This document shows, in pieces, positions 48,432 through 57,558 of a stretch of 64,000 nucleotides of DNA; positions within the stretch are counted from its first letter, which is position 1, and each line of letters begins with the position of its first letter. Under the pieces are notes generated by a model, which saw nothing but the letters and a program-made list of their open reading frames with translations, ran no database searches and was not told where the DNA came from. Made by a program: the position numbers and the translations under genes. The stretch is from assembly GCA_963726265.1 (NCBI GenBank), contig CAVSBQ010000002.1, positions 544,001-608,000 of the forward strand. The letters are read 5' to 3'. The stretch comes from Candidatus Aenigmatarchaeota archaeon. GTDB lineage: Archaea; Aenigmatarchaeota; Aenigmatarchaeia; QMZP01; QMZT01.

Positions 48432-49293
48432 GTTGTCTGTTGTCATTCTCACGCTGAATGAAGAAAAAAATCTCGCTGCGTGCCTTAAGAGCGTAAGATG
48501 GGCGGACGATATGGTAATCGTCGACAGCTTCAGCACGGACAAAACCACGCAGGTTGCGAAGAAATTCGGCTGCAGGGTCTTCCAGAAAAAATTCGAGGGC
48601 TTCGGCAGGCTTAAGAATTACGCGATATCAAAGGCGAAAAACGAGTGGATTCTGAACCTTGACGCAGATGAAAGAGTTTCTGTGGAGCTCGGGAAGGAAA
48701 TTGGAAGGGTGTTGAAAAAACCCGAATTCGACGGCTATTATTTTCCCAGGAAAAGCTATGTCGGCAGAAAGTGGCTGAAGCATGGCGGGCAATACCCTTC
48801 GTACCAGCTGCGCCTTTTCAGGAAGAAAAGCGGACGTTTCGAGGACGCGATGATACATGAAAGGATGAGGGTGATTGGTAAAACCGGATACATGAAAAAC
48901 GATATCATTCATTACAATTTCAGGTCGTGGAGCGATTACATACTGGACATGAACAGGACAACGTCACTCGAAGCTAAGATGATGTTAGGCAAAAAGTTCG
49001 TGTGGCTTTATCCCCTCGGAAAAATAAGGGAGTTCTTCCGAGAATATTCGCACCTGAGAAAAAACGGCAACAGGAGGGCGACCAGCTACGTTCTGGCGAG
49101 AAGTGTGCTGATGAATTACGAGATAAAATGGCTCCTGCCGTTCAGGTTCATAACCACATTCATAAGGCTTTACATCATGCAGCAGGGCTTCAGGGACGGC
49201 TTTTACGGCTTCGTGTGGGCGCATTTCATCTCCATGCATACCCTGATAAAATGCTACAAATATTACGAACTGAAGCACGACCTGGCAACTTAA
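48418..49293 (+). CDS. Glycosyltransferase family 2 (WaaE/KdtX-like)
   Basis: LTLNEE, VDSFSTD, WILNLDADE, QLRLFR, IHE, GFRDG. Confidence 0.9.
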   Translation: MKRDKLSVVILTLNEEKNLAACLKSVRWADDMVIVDSFSTDKTTQVAKKFGCRVFQKKFEGFGRLKNYAISKAKNEWILNLDADERVSVELGKEIGRVLKKPEFDGYYFPRKSYVGRKWLKHGGQYPSYQLRLFRKKSGRFEDAMIHERMRVIGKTGYMKNDIIHYNFRSWSDYILDMNRTTSLEAKMMLGKKFVWLYPLGKIREFFREYSHLRKNGNRRATSYVLARSVLMNYEIKWLLPFRFITTFIRLYIMQQGFRDGFYGFVWAHFISMHTLIKCYKYYELKHDLAT

Positions 49294-49361
49294 CACAACG
49301 GGCGGGCGCACCTGCCTGATTCCTGCAACAGCTTATTAAACTTGGCAATTTTATAAGAATT

Positions 49362-50453
49362 ATGAAAATCCTCATATTGTCTTCTGTCGGCCTCGATTCC
49401 GGCACGGGTCTTAGGATTTCAGGCATCGCTGAAGCGCTCGCAAAACTTGGGCACGAAGTTTACCTTACCGGATCCGGCCTTACGGAGAGGCTGCCTCACG
49501 TAAGATATCTTGAAATAAAAAAACGCCGCATTTGTAAATACGTATTTTCAACGCTTTCCAACATCAGGTTTTCAAAAATGATTAAAGCCGATGTGATTAT
49601 ATCATCCAAAGCGCATCCTGTGTCGTGCCTGCCCGCGATGCTGACTAAGGGAAAGGCGAAGCTCATACTCGACTTCGATGATCTGGAGCACGCTTACTGG
49701 AAAAATCCGTTCAAAATCGCTTTCTTCAGGGCAGCGGAAAAATTCTTCGCCAAAAACTTCGATTATGTGGCTACGCATAACGAAAACTTGAAAAAATATA
49801 TTTCCAGAAAGCTAGGTTTGAAAGAAAGTAAAATTATATTTCTTGAGCAAGGCGTTAGGACAGGCATGTTCCTGAGGCAAAAAACAAATCTTGCTGAAAG
49901 GCTGGGGTTGAAAAATAATAAAGTGGTCATGTATGCCGCCCATCTTGGGGTTGCGGCCTCTGATCTGGATTTCGTTTTTGAGGCTTTGAAAAATTTGGAG
50001 CGAAGTGATGTAAGGCTGCTCATAATAGGCGACGGGGAAAGGTTCGGTTATTACAAAAAAATGGCAGAGAAAATGGGCATCAAAGATCGCGTTGTGTTTG
50101 CAGGCTACGTGAAGCATGAGCTTATGCCGGAATATATGTCAGTCGCGGATGCAGCAGTGAATTTCATGAGGGATTCTCCTGCGAACAGGTGCAGGGCATC
50201 CATAAAAATAAGGGAATATCTGGCCTTCGGCCTGCCGACAGCATGCAATATATTTGGACCCGATCTTGAAAATTTCAGGGATTATGTTTACGAATTCAGG
50301 GCAGGTGATGCAAAGGGCTTTGGAAATGCGATTGCATTTGCCATCGATGACAGGAGTCATAAAGCGGGCAAAGCAAAAAAACAAATGCAGAAATGGGACT
50401 GGGATATAATAGCGAAGGGCTTTGAAAACGAGCTTGAAAGGCTTGCCAAATAA
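49362..50453 (+). CDS. Glycosyltransferase family 4
   Basis: DFDD, IGDG, FAGYV, SIKIREYLAFGLP. Confidence 0.88.
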   Translation: MKILILSSVGLDSGTGLRISGIAEALAKLGHEVYLTGSGLTERLPHVRYLEIKKRRICKYVFSTLSNIRFSKMIKADVIISSKAHPVSCLPAMLTKGKAKLILDFDDLEHAYWKNPFKIAFFRAAEKFFAKNFDYVATHNENLKKYISRKLGLKESKIIFLEQGVRTGMFLRQKTNLAERLGLKNNKVVMYAAHLGVAASDLDFVFEALKNLERSDVRLLIIGDGERFGYYKKMAEKMGIKDRVVFAGYVKHELMPEYMSVADAAVNFMRDSPANRCRASIKIREYLAFGLPTACNIFGPDLENFRDYVYEFRAGDAKGFGNAIAFAIDDRSHKAGKAKKQMQKWDWDIIAKGFENELERLAK

Positions 50454-50460
50454 TTGAAAC

Positions 50461-51912
50461 TTAGAAGTTCGGGTCGCCTGCCTTCCTGTGTTTATGCCAG
50501 TTCATGGAAACTCTCATCATTAAATTGAAGAATGCCTTATCGCGCATCATGCGTTTGCCGACGAGATAAAACCACTGGGGCCTGAAATAGTATTTTTTCC
50601 TGACGTCGCTGAAAAGGCGGTCGAGCCATTCATTGGAAAAATTCGGGTTCGTTATGCTGGAGCTCTGGAAGCTGTCCCTCTCCCAGTCCTCGCCCATTAT
50701 CCTGCCTTCCTTCTTCATCATCTCGTAATACGGCGTTCCTGGAAGCGGCGTCGTTATAGAGAATTGGGTGAATTCCGCATTGAGCTTGCAGGCGAACCTG
50801 AACGTCTTCTCAATCGTTTCTTTCGTGTCCCACGGGAAGCCGAACATTATGCAGTTGTGTATGATTATGCCAGCTTCCCTTGCGTTCATTATGCCTTTCC
50901 ATATCTGCTGCGTCGTCTCGCCCTTGTTCATCCTTCGCAGTATCTCGTCGTCGCCTGATTCCACGCCGAACATTATCCTTATGCACCCGGCGGATGCCAT
51001 CGCTTTCGTGAGGTCGCACGTCATGTGGTTCGCCCTGCTCTGCGGGTTCCATTTCATGTCGATTTTTTCTTTTCTGAAAAGTTCGCATATATCGAAAACC
51101 CGTTTTTTGTCGACTTCGAACGTGTCATCATCGTAGCGTATTTCCCTCACGCCGAAATCATCAGCCAGATATCTGGCCTCAGCAAGGACTCTTTCAGGCG
51201 ACTGGGCGCGGAACTGGTGCGAATACAGAACGCGCGGGAACGTGCAAAAAAAGCATTGGTAAGGGCAGCCGCGCGACGTTATTGTGGTCGCCGCCGGGAA
51301 ATGCATGAATATCGACTCGTAGAATTTCCTAAGGTCGATCAGGTCGAATGCGGGGAACGGCAGCTCGTCCAGATTTTTTACCAGCGGCCTTTCCGGAGTT
51401 TCTTTTATGGAGGCACTTTTTCTGTATTTTATGCCTCTTACGGATGAAATATTCTTTTTCTTTTCCAGCGCATTGGCTATGTCAAGAATGGTGTAGTCAT
51501 ATTCCTTGAGCGTTATCATGTCAACGCCACGACATTTTGCGAAGATTTTATCGGCCACCGGAGTGACGAAAGGCCCGGTGAAAACGACGGGTATTCCCAG
51601 GCCTTTGGCGTAGTCAGCGACCGCGAAATCGACCAGCGCGCTCACGTGCTCTACGTAAAAAACCAGCATATCAGGGCTCATGCCAGAAATTATTTTCTTG
51701 AGCTTCTCGAAAGTCACGCCTTCTGTCTGGCAATGGATGTATCTGACATCGTGCCCACCGTCTCTTGCGACTGCCGCTGCGCTGAGGCTCAGGTACGAAT
51801 ACGTGGTCTCGCCTGCAAACGCGAGCGATGGATGCCTTCTTCCGCCTGTCGTTATCCCGCTTTCAGGAATCCAGCCGACCGAAGGCGGCGACTCTATGAA
51901 AAGTATCTTCAT
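50461..51912 (-). CDS. B12-binding radical SAM protein (HpnJ-like), second copy
   Basis: TSRGCPYQCFFC, DDDTF, FGVESG, PLPGT. Confidence 0.9.
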   Translation of the reverse strand: MKILFIESPPSVGWIPESGITTGGRRHPSLAFAGETTYSYLSLSAAAVARDGGHDVRYIHCQTEGVTFEKLKKIISGMSPDMLVFYVEHVSALVDFAVADYAKGLGIPVVFTGPFVTPVADKIFAKCRGVDMITLKEYDYTILDIANALEKKKNISSVRGIKYRKSASIKETPERPLVKNLDELPFPAFDLIDLRKFYESIFMHFPAATTITSRGCPYQCFFCTFPRVLYSHQFRAQSPERVLAEARYLADDFGVREIRYDDDTFEVDKKRVFDICELFRKEKIDMKWNPQSRANHMTCDLTKAMASAGCIRIMFGVESGDDEILRRMNKGETTQQIWKGIMNAREAGIIIHNCIMFGFPWDTKETIEKTFRFACKLNAEFTQFSITTPLPGTPYYEMMKKEGRIMGEDWERDSFQSSSITNPNFSNEWLDRLFSDVRKKYYFRPQWFYLVGKRMMRDKAFFNLMMRVSMNWHKHRKAGDPNF

Positions 51913-51940
51913 ACACACCTATAGAAGAATTTCATTAATT

Positions 51941-51990
51941 GATTTTAAATGGATATCCACATCCAGAACGGATTCGGATATCTGAAAATC
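51941..51990 (-). terminator. Imperfect stem-loop directly after the tfs stop codon (possible terminator or processing signal)
   Basis: Nested arms GATTTT/AAAATC, GATATCC/GGATATC and ATCC/GGAT. Confidence 0.35.
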
Positions 51991-52309
51991 AGTATTCTCT
52001 CCAGGAGTGCCTGCATTTCGTGCAGCGGAAGAACAGCGTTGGCGGCTCGTCTGTGGAGCGCGTCTGCTGCATCCACCAGACTGCCTCCTTGTTGCTGCAT
52101 TTGGGGCATATCAAACGTATCTTTGGGAGCGCTTCCTTCTTCTCTTCTATTATAACTATATCGTCCAGCGGGTCTTTCTTGACCTCTTCCTTTATTTCGA
52201 TGGGCTTGTAATCCTTTATTTTGTAGCCGCATTTCCTGCATACGAGAATCGTTTTGCTCTTTTCTTTTTTCGATACGCAGACCAGGCCGCACTTTGGACA
52301 GAAATGCAT
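51989..52309 (-). CDS. tfs: Transcription factor S
   Basis: FCPKCG, CRKCG, CPKC, QTRSTDEP acidic hairpin, CTKC...WREY. Confidence 0.93.
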   Translation of the reverse strand: MHFCPKCGLVCVSKKEKSKTILVCRKCGYKIKDYKPIEIKEEVKKDPLDDIVIIEEKKEALPKIRLICPKCSNKEAVWWMQQTRSTDEPPTLFFRCTKCRHSWREY

Positions 52310-52324
52310 GAACTCACCTTGAAT

Positions 52325-52909
52325 TTACCTATATTCTTTGACCATTAAATATAAAAACATAACTGTTGCGCATATTATAAAAACCAGAATTATGTTTTTG
52401 GCCAAAACCGGAATGAGATACTCCGTCACTCCGATTTTAACCCACCCAAGATACGGCACAATGGCTATCACTTTGCCGTGTATCTGCGACGGAAATACCT
52501 GCTTTTCGAACGGGTGCTGCGCAGTGTTTGCATCGCCCTGGGTCTGGAATGAGCCGTCGGCATTTATTAACTTTATCCTGTGGACTATCGGGACATCCCT
52601 GCCCCCGACCGAAAAAACTATTATGTCGCCGATGTCGAGGAAAGAGGCGTAATTTTCCGGGCTGCTTACGCCCTGTATTATGAGTATGTCTCCCTGGTAG
52701 AATGTTGGAACCATGCTGTTTGATTCGACCGCGACCACGGGCATGTCGGTTGAAAGTGCCTGGCCGAGGACGATGTTTATGCCGAAGGCAAGGAAGACGC
52801 CAATAAAAATGTAAATGAGGGTGCCTGTCGTCCCATCCATGTCTATCCATTTCTGCTTCCTGACACCCTTGGCCAATTTCACGGTTTTCCGCTTTTTATG
52901 CCGCTGCAT
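52325..52909 (-). CDS. sec11: Signal peptidase I (Sec11 type)
   Basis: VESNSMVPT (Ser), GDI, IVHR (His), GDAN, PYLG. Confidence 0.9.
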   Translation of the reverse strand: MQRHKKRKTVKLAKGVRKQKWIDMDGTTGTLIYIFIGVFLAFGINIVLGQALSTDMPVVAVESNSMVPTFYQGDILIIQGVSSPENYASFLDIGDIIVFSVGGRDVPIVHRIKLINADGSFQTQGDANTAQHPFEKQVFPSQIHGKVIAIVPYLGWVKIGVTEYLIPVLAKNIILVFIICATVMFLYLMVKEYR

Positions 52910-53469
52910 ATTATATGCGCCACCCTTACCGGTTCAGGCACTGCTGAATTTACTGTCGTGAGATTTATAATCCTTTTGATGTCGCTGTCCTCTATGCCAG
53001 CAGCCTGATAATATATCGCCCTGCTTCCCTTAATAACCTTGTTTTTGACTTCCATTTTTCGTATTTTTCCGGCTTCTTTGAGCAGGCGCCAGCGGTATTC
53101 CGCGTCGCTGAATTTCAGCAGGGCCTTCCTTATGCCGTCAAGATTGGGTTTTTCCCTTATCAGAACTATGACCGGCAGGCCCGTTTTTTTATGGAGTTTG
53201 TTTATGTCCACTATGTTGAAGCCGCCGAACGTTATGCCGTCAAGCATTATGACCCTGAGCTGCTCCTTGTGGCTGCTGTCATTTATGGCCTTCGCGATTT
53301 TAGCGGTGGCGTCCCTGCCGTCTATTGCTATTTTGCTGGTTATTACGCCATCTATCTGCGTCCCGCCCCTGCATATGACGCCGGCAACCAGGGTATGCCT
53401 GTCCGTGAATGTGAAGGGAGCGTCGTCCCAGCCGATAATGCGGATTTCAGGTTTTATTGTCCTGAACAT
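52879..53469 (-). CDS. DUF99 family protein (endonuclease V-like fold)
   Basis: GWDDAPF, DGRDAT, LDGITFGGFN, PEPVRVAH. Confidence 0.9.
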   Translation of the reverse strand: MFRTIKPEIRIIGWDDAPFTFTDRHTLVAGVICRGGTQIDGVITSKIAIDGRDATAKIAKAINDSSHKEQLRVIMLDGITFGGFNIVDINKLHKKTGLPVIVLIREKPNLDGIRKALLKFSDAEYRWRLLKEAGKIRKMEVKNKVIKGSRAIYYQAAGIEDSDIKRIINLTTVNSAVPEPVRVAHIICSGIKSGKP

Positions 53470-53480
53470 ACAAAAAATGC

Positions 53481-53753
53481 CTACTTTTTAGCAGAAACCC
53501 TTCTGAATTCCTTTTCGAAATCCTTTGCCTGTTCTATTATCATCTGTGCCGCACTGTCCAGAACCTTTTTCGGGTTGTCGGCCCTTATTATCAGTTTGGG
53601 CTCGGAAAGATAGGGATGCTCTATCATGTACGATGCCTGCTTGCTGCCTGCGTCCCAGGCGTTTTCCCTGAGAAGGTTGAGGAACGTATGCGTTTCCCCT
53701 CTTATTTCAAGGACCATCTTCTTGTCCGTGTTTTCCAATAGCACCAATTTCAT
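53481..53753 (-). CDS. rpoL: DNA-directed RNA polymerase subunit L (Rpo11)
   Basis: GETHTFLNLL, ASYMIEHP. Confidence 0.92.
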   Translation of the reverse strand: MKLVLLENTDKKMVLEIRGETHTFLNLLRENAWDAGSKQASYMIEHPYLSEPKLIIRADNPKKVLDSAAQMIIEQAKDFEKEFRRVSAKK

Positions 53754-53860
53754 AAAGTTAATATTAGGGCAAGGTATTTAAATGGTTTGCGCGGCATTTG
53801 CGCCTTTATTGCATGTTTTTAAACATATAGCCCAGAATAATTATTATCTTCGGTGGACGT

Positions 53861-55207
53861 ATGTCGATATTCAGGGCTTATGATATAAGAGGGATTTACC
53901 CCAGCCAGCTCAACGGGAAAATTGCCTACAAGGTAGGGCTGGCATTCGGCAGATTCCTTGGCAGTGGGACAATAGCGCTGGGCGCAGATATCAGGAAAAG
54001 CAGCCCGGACCTGAGCAGAAACCTGGTAAGGGGCCTGACCGAAGCCGGCTTGAACGTGATAGACGTGGGCTTCGTTCCTACACCCGCTCTCTATTTCACC
54101 GTTGCGCACAACAGGCTCGATGGCGGAACGATGATAACCGGTTCGCATAATTCCAAGGAATACAACGGCATAAAGCTCTGCGGCAAGAATGGCGTATGCC
54201 TATCTTATGAAACAGGCATAAACGAGGTGGAAAGGCTGGCAAAAACTGACATCATGCCGCAAAAAAATACTGGTAGGGTAACGAAAAAATCCGCTGATGA
54301 AGAGTATATCAATTTCGTAGTCAAAAAGGTGAAATTCAGGAAGAAGCTACACGTTGTTATAGATGCCGGGAACGGCGTGGCGGGAAAAATTTCATGCGAG
54401 ATATTCCGCAGGCTCGGCTGCGAAGTTGTTGAGCTGCACTGCGTGCCTGACGGCGATTTCCCCAATCACCATCCTGACCCGCTTGTTAGGGAAAATCTCA
54501 GGGACCTGCAGGCAAAGGTCAAAAAGACAAACGCCGATCTGGGGATAGCCTACGACGGCGACGGCGACCGAGTCGGCTTCGTGGACGAGAAAGGCGAAGT
54601 GTTCACAAACAACAAGGCCTTCGCCCTGCTCATAGAAAATATTCTCGGAAAAAACCCCGGCGCGAAAATCGTGCACGAAGTCCTTTCATCGAAACTGGTC
54701 GAGGATGTGATACGCAAAAACGGCGGCATTCCGGTTCTTTCGAGGGTCGGCCATTCCTACATACAGAACAAGATGGCAGACGAAAAATGCGCGCTCGGCG
54801 GGGAGACGTCTGGCCACTATTATTTCAGCGAGAGTTATAATTACGATGACGGCATTTTTGCATCGGTGAAGCTCGCGGAGCTTCTTTCAAATTCCGGCCA
54901 AAAACTCTCTGGGCTTGGCGCCTCGCTTCCCGAATACATAACATCCGATGATACAAGAATTCATTGCCCTGATGAAAAAAAATTCGAAGTTGTCGAAAAA
55001 CTGGTAAAAAAATTCAGAGGCATGGGCAAGCTCATAACTCTGGATGGCGTGAAGGTCGTGAGCAAGGACTCATGGTTCATAGTGCGCGCTTCCAATACGC
55101 AGCCCGCGCTTGTCCTGAGATGGGAAGCGAACAATAAAAAGGAGTTTGAAAGGGTCGGGACCTTTCTTTTGAATGAAGTTGAGAAGGAGGTTAAGTCAGT
55201 TTCCTGA
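53861..55207 (+). CDS. pmm: Phosphomannomutase/phosphoglucomutase
   Basis: IFRAYDIRG, TGSHN, DGDGDR, GETSGH, RASNTQP. Confidence 0.95.
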   Translation: MSIFRAYDIRGIYPSQLNGKIAYKVGLAFGRFLGSGTIALGADIRKSSPDLSRNLVRGLTEAGLNVIDVGFVPTPALYFTVAHNRLDGGTMITGSHNSKEYNGIKLCGKNGVCLSYETGINEVERLAKTDIMPQKNTGRVTKKSADEEYINFVVKKVKFRKKLHVVIDAGNGVAGKISCEIFRRLGCEVVELHCVPDGDFPNHHPDPLVRENLRDLQAKVKKTNADLGIAYDGDGDRVGFVDEKGEVFTNNKAFALLIENILGKNPGAKIVHEVLSSKLVEDVIRKNGGIPVLSRVGHSYIQNKMADEKCALGGETSGHYYFSESYNYDDGIFASVKLAELLSNSGQKLSGLGASLPEYITSDDTRIHCPDEKKFEVVEKLVKKFRGMGKLITLDGVKVVSKDSWFIVRASNTQPALVLRWEANNKKEFERVGTFLLNEVEKEVKSVS

Positions 55208-55852
55208 TTCTGTCATGCTCTGCAGTATCCGGTAGGCTCTCACCGAATCCTTTTTGCTGATCACAAGCGTGAATTCGGTGTGGGTCGATATCGCTTCGTA
55301 TATGTTTATTTTCTCCCACGCAAGGTTCCTGACTATCTGAAAAATGACTCCCGGCGTCTCAAAAAATTCCTCAGGGTACCTAAGAGAAAGCGATACCAGG
55401 CCATCTCTGATATCAATTATTTTTTCCCCTCTCAAATGCTGCAGCAGTCTTTGCTTGTATTTTTCGTTCGTGACCATCGATATTTCGTAGTTACATTGGC
55501 TGACGTTAAACGTATCTCCTCGCCCGAAATCAACCATGCCGTAGAGGTTCTTCAGCTCCGCCATTAGCCTCGGGGATTTCATCACACATATGTCGCACAG
55601 GTTAGTTTTCATCGTGACCTCGGAATGGAAATCGAACTTTATTTTCTCGTTTTCGGTTCTTATTTTATCGGCATGTCTCCTGAGTGCCATTATTACGGCA
55701 AAGAGCTTAATTTTCTTGCCAAGCTCTTGCTCGATTTCCTTCTGCAGCTGCGTTGCGAGAGAAGCGTAAGACACAATCCCTCTGGAGAGCGCCTCCTGGA
55801 GGAATGGCCGCTCGTTAATTATTTTCTGCACAATGTGGCTGATGGTCACCAT
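55196..55852 (-). CDS. ACT-domain protein with N-terminal helical (possibly DNA-binding) domain
   Basis: GIVSYASLA N-terminus; ETPGVI...INIYEAISTHTEF ACT-like C-terminus. Confidence 0.7.
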   Translation of the reverse strand: MVTISHIVQKIINERPFLQEALSRGIVSYASLATQLQKEIEQELGKKIKLFAVIMALRRHADKIRTENEKIKFDFHSEVTMKTNLCDICVMKSPRLMAELKNLYGMVDFGRGDTFNVSQCNYEISMVTNEKYKQRLLQHLRGEKIIDIRDGLVSLSLRYPEEFFETPGVIFQIVRNLAWEKINIYEAISTHTEFTLVISKKDSVRAYRILQSMTESGN

Positions 55853-55926
55853 AACAATTTTCGCCCCAATTTGTTATAATAATAACATTATGTTTTTATT
55901 GTATTTAAGCGTTATTATAGTTCAAG

Positions 55927-56169
55927 GTGAAAAATGTGAATAGCGTTTTAAATGAATTGCAAAATTTCAGGAAGCAGTTGTATATCTCTGATTGTATAGA
56001 TGAAGCCGGCGGGCCAGTACATGATGGCAGATTAGGAGTATACAAAAGGCTGCAAGCTTACGTGAATGGTGGTGTGGATTTGGGCGGCATCAACGGAGTT
56101 TTCAAGGCCTTGTTTGGTTTCGATGTAGAAAATCTGCCAAAAGTTATATCTAATTATCCAGAATCTTAG
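55927..56169 (+). CDS. Small hypothetical protein (80 aa)
   Basis: Fills the gap between two genes, GTG start, upstream TTTAAG; no recognised motif. Confidence 0.4.
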   Translation: MKNVNSVLNELQNFRKQLYISDCIDEAGGPVHDGRLGVYKRLQAYVNGGVDLGGINGVFKALFGFDVENLPKVISNYPES

Positions 56170-56184
56170 CAAATTACCGGTCTG

Positions 56185-57468
56185 TCATTTTTGTAAAATT
56201 TCCTTGGCGCGGGAGACACTGATGTTCCTTTCTGCGACCATTTCAGCCGCGACTTTTTCAATGGCGTCGCCCTTCGCCCCCGCTGTGACGGCGATATTCT
56301 TCGCGTGCAGGCGCATGTGGCCCCTTTGGATGCCTTCGGTCGCGAGCGCGCGTAGCGCGGCGAAATTCTGCGCTAGGCCGACCGCAGCTATGACCTCCGC
56401 AAGCTCCCTGGCGGATTTCACGCCAAGGATTTTAAGCGCGATTTTTGCCTCGGGCTTTGTCCTTGTTGCGCCGCCGACCGTGCCTATCGCAATCGGGAGT
56501 TCTATCTCGCCAACCAGGTCTCCGTCTTTGTTTTTGTGGTATTTGGTGAGCGGCCTGTATCTGCCAGAAACGGAGGCATAGGCATGCGCACCGGCTTCGA
56601 CGGCTCGAAAGTCGTTGCCTGTTGCTATCACGACCGCGTCGATGCCGTTCATTATCCCTTTATTGTGAGTCGCACATCTGTAAGGATCGTTCGCTGCCAG
56701 ATGGTATGCCTCGAGTATCGCATCAACGACGTCGTTACCTTTCATGGCACCTTTCGTGGATTTTTCGAGGTCCTCTTTTTTCCAGACTGCCTTAGCCCTC
56801 GCGAGCCGCCTGTCAGCCAGGTTGGATATTATCTTGAGCCTTACATAGCCGCCGGTAAGCTCTTCGAGCATGGGAGAGATGGCCTCGCACATCGTGTTCA
56901 CCGCATTCGCTCCCATGGCATCGCGCACGTCCACGAAAAGGTGGATAACGAGCATCTTGCCGATTTCCGATACGATTTCCCTCACTTCCAGGTCCTTTGC
57001 TCCTCCGCCGAAGCTGACGAGAACCGAGTCCCTTTCATTGGCCCGTGCGATTATTTTTTTCTTGCTCCTGATTATCGCATCCTTTGCCGCCTTTGCATTT
57101 TTTAAGCCAAGCAGCTGCACCTGGCCTATCATTATAGGCTCATCGCTCGATGTCCTGAAACCCCCAGAAGGCCTAGCGAGTTTCGCGGCGAATGACGCTG
57201 CCGCCACGACCGACGGCTCCTCGAGGCACATCGGCACGATGACATCCCTGCCGTTTACCATGAAGTTCAGGCCAAGGCCCATTGGAAACTCGCACGTGCC
57301 TATGACATTCTCTGTCATGCGGTCGGCCACGTCCATGCCGATTGCGCTGGCTTTCAGCACGTTTACTTCCTCGTCCGTAAGGCCTGCCGCGCGCTTCAGT
57401 ATCCTGAGCCTCTCCTCGATGGGCTTCTTGTAAAATTCATGGAACTCGTCATTCATCATAACTACCAT
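56185..57468 (-). CDS. mvaA: Hydroxymethylglutaryl-CoA reductase, class II
   Basis: ENVIG, EEPSVVAA, DAMGAN, THNKGIMNG, GIQRGHMRLH. Confidence 0.95.
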   Translation of the reverse strand: MVVMMNDEFHEFYKKPIEERLRILKRAAGLTDEEVNVLKASAIGMDVADRMTENVIGTCEFPMGLGLNFMVNGRDVIVPMCLEEPSVVAAASFAAKLARPSGGFRTSSDEPIMIGQVQLLGLKNAKAAKDAIIRSKKKIIARANERDSVLVSFGGGAKDLEVREIVSEIGKMLVIHLFVDVRDAMGANAVNTMCEAISPMLEELTGGYVRLKIISNLADRRLARAKAVWKKEDLEKSTKGAMKGNDVVDAILEAYHLAANDPYRCATHNKGIMNGIDAVVIATGNDFRAVEAGAHAYASVSGRYRPLTKYHKNKDGDLVGEIELPIAIGTVGGATRTKPEAKIALKILGVKSARELAEVIAAVGLAQNFAALRALATEGIQRGHMRLHAKNIAVTAGAKGDAIEKVAAEMVAERNISVSRAKEILQK

Positions 57469-57558
57469 ATTCTAACTTAAGCCGCTCCTTTTTTAAACGT
57501 TCCGGCCGACTTACGTCGATTGTTCAACGTTTTAAAATACGCGGCTGAAATTAACATT

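Noticed and set aside
49287..49361. ACTTAAC plus a small hairpin as an integron attC site
   Set aside because: No complementary GTTRRRY end, no repeated sites and no integrase.
51989..52309. TFS as an inhibitory TFS4-like paralog
   Set aside because: The catalytic DE dipeptide is intact and the gene lies in the usual rpoL neighbourhood.
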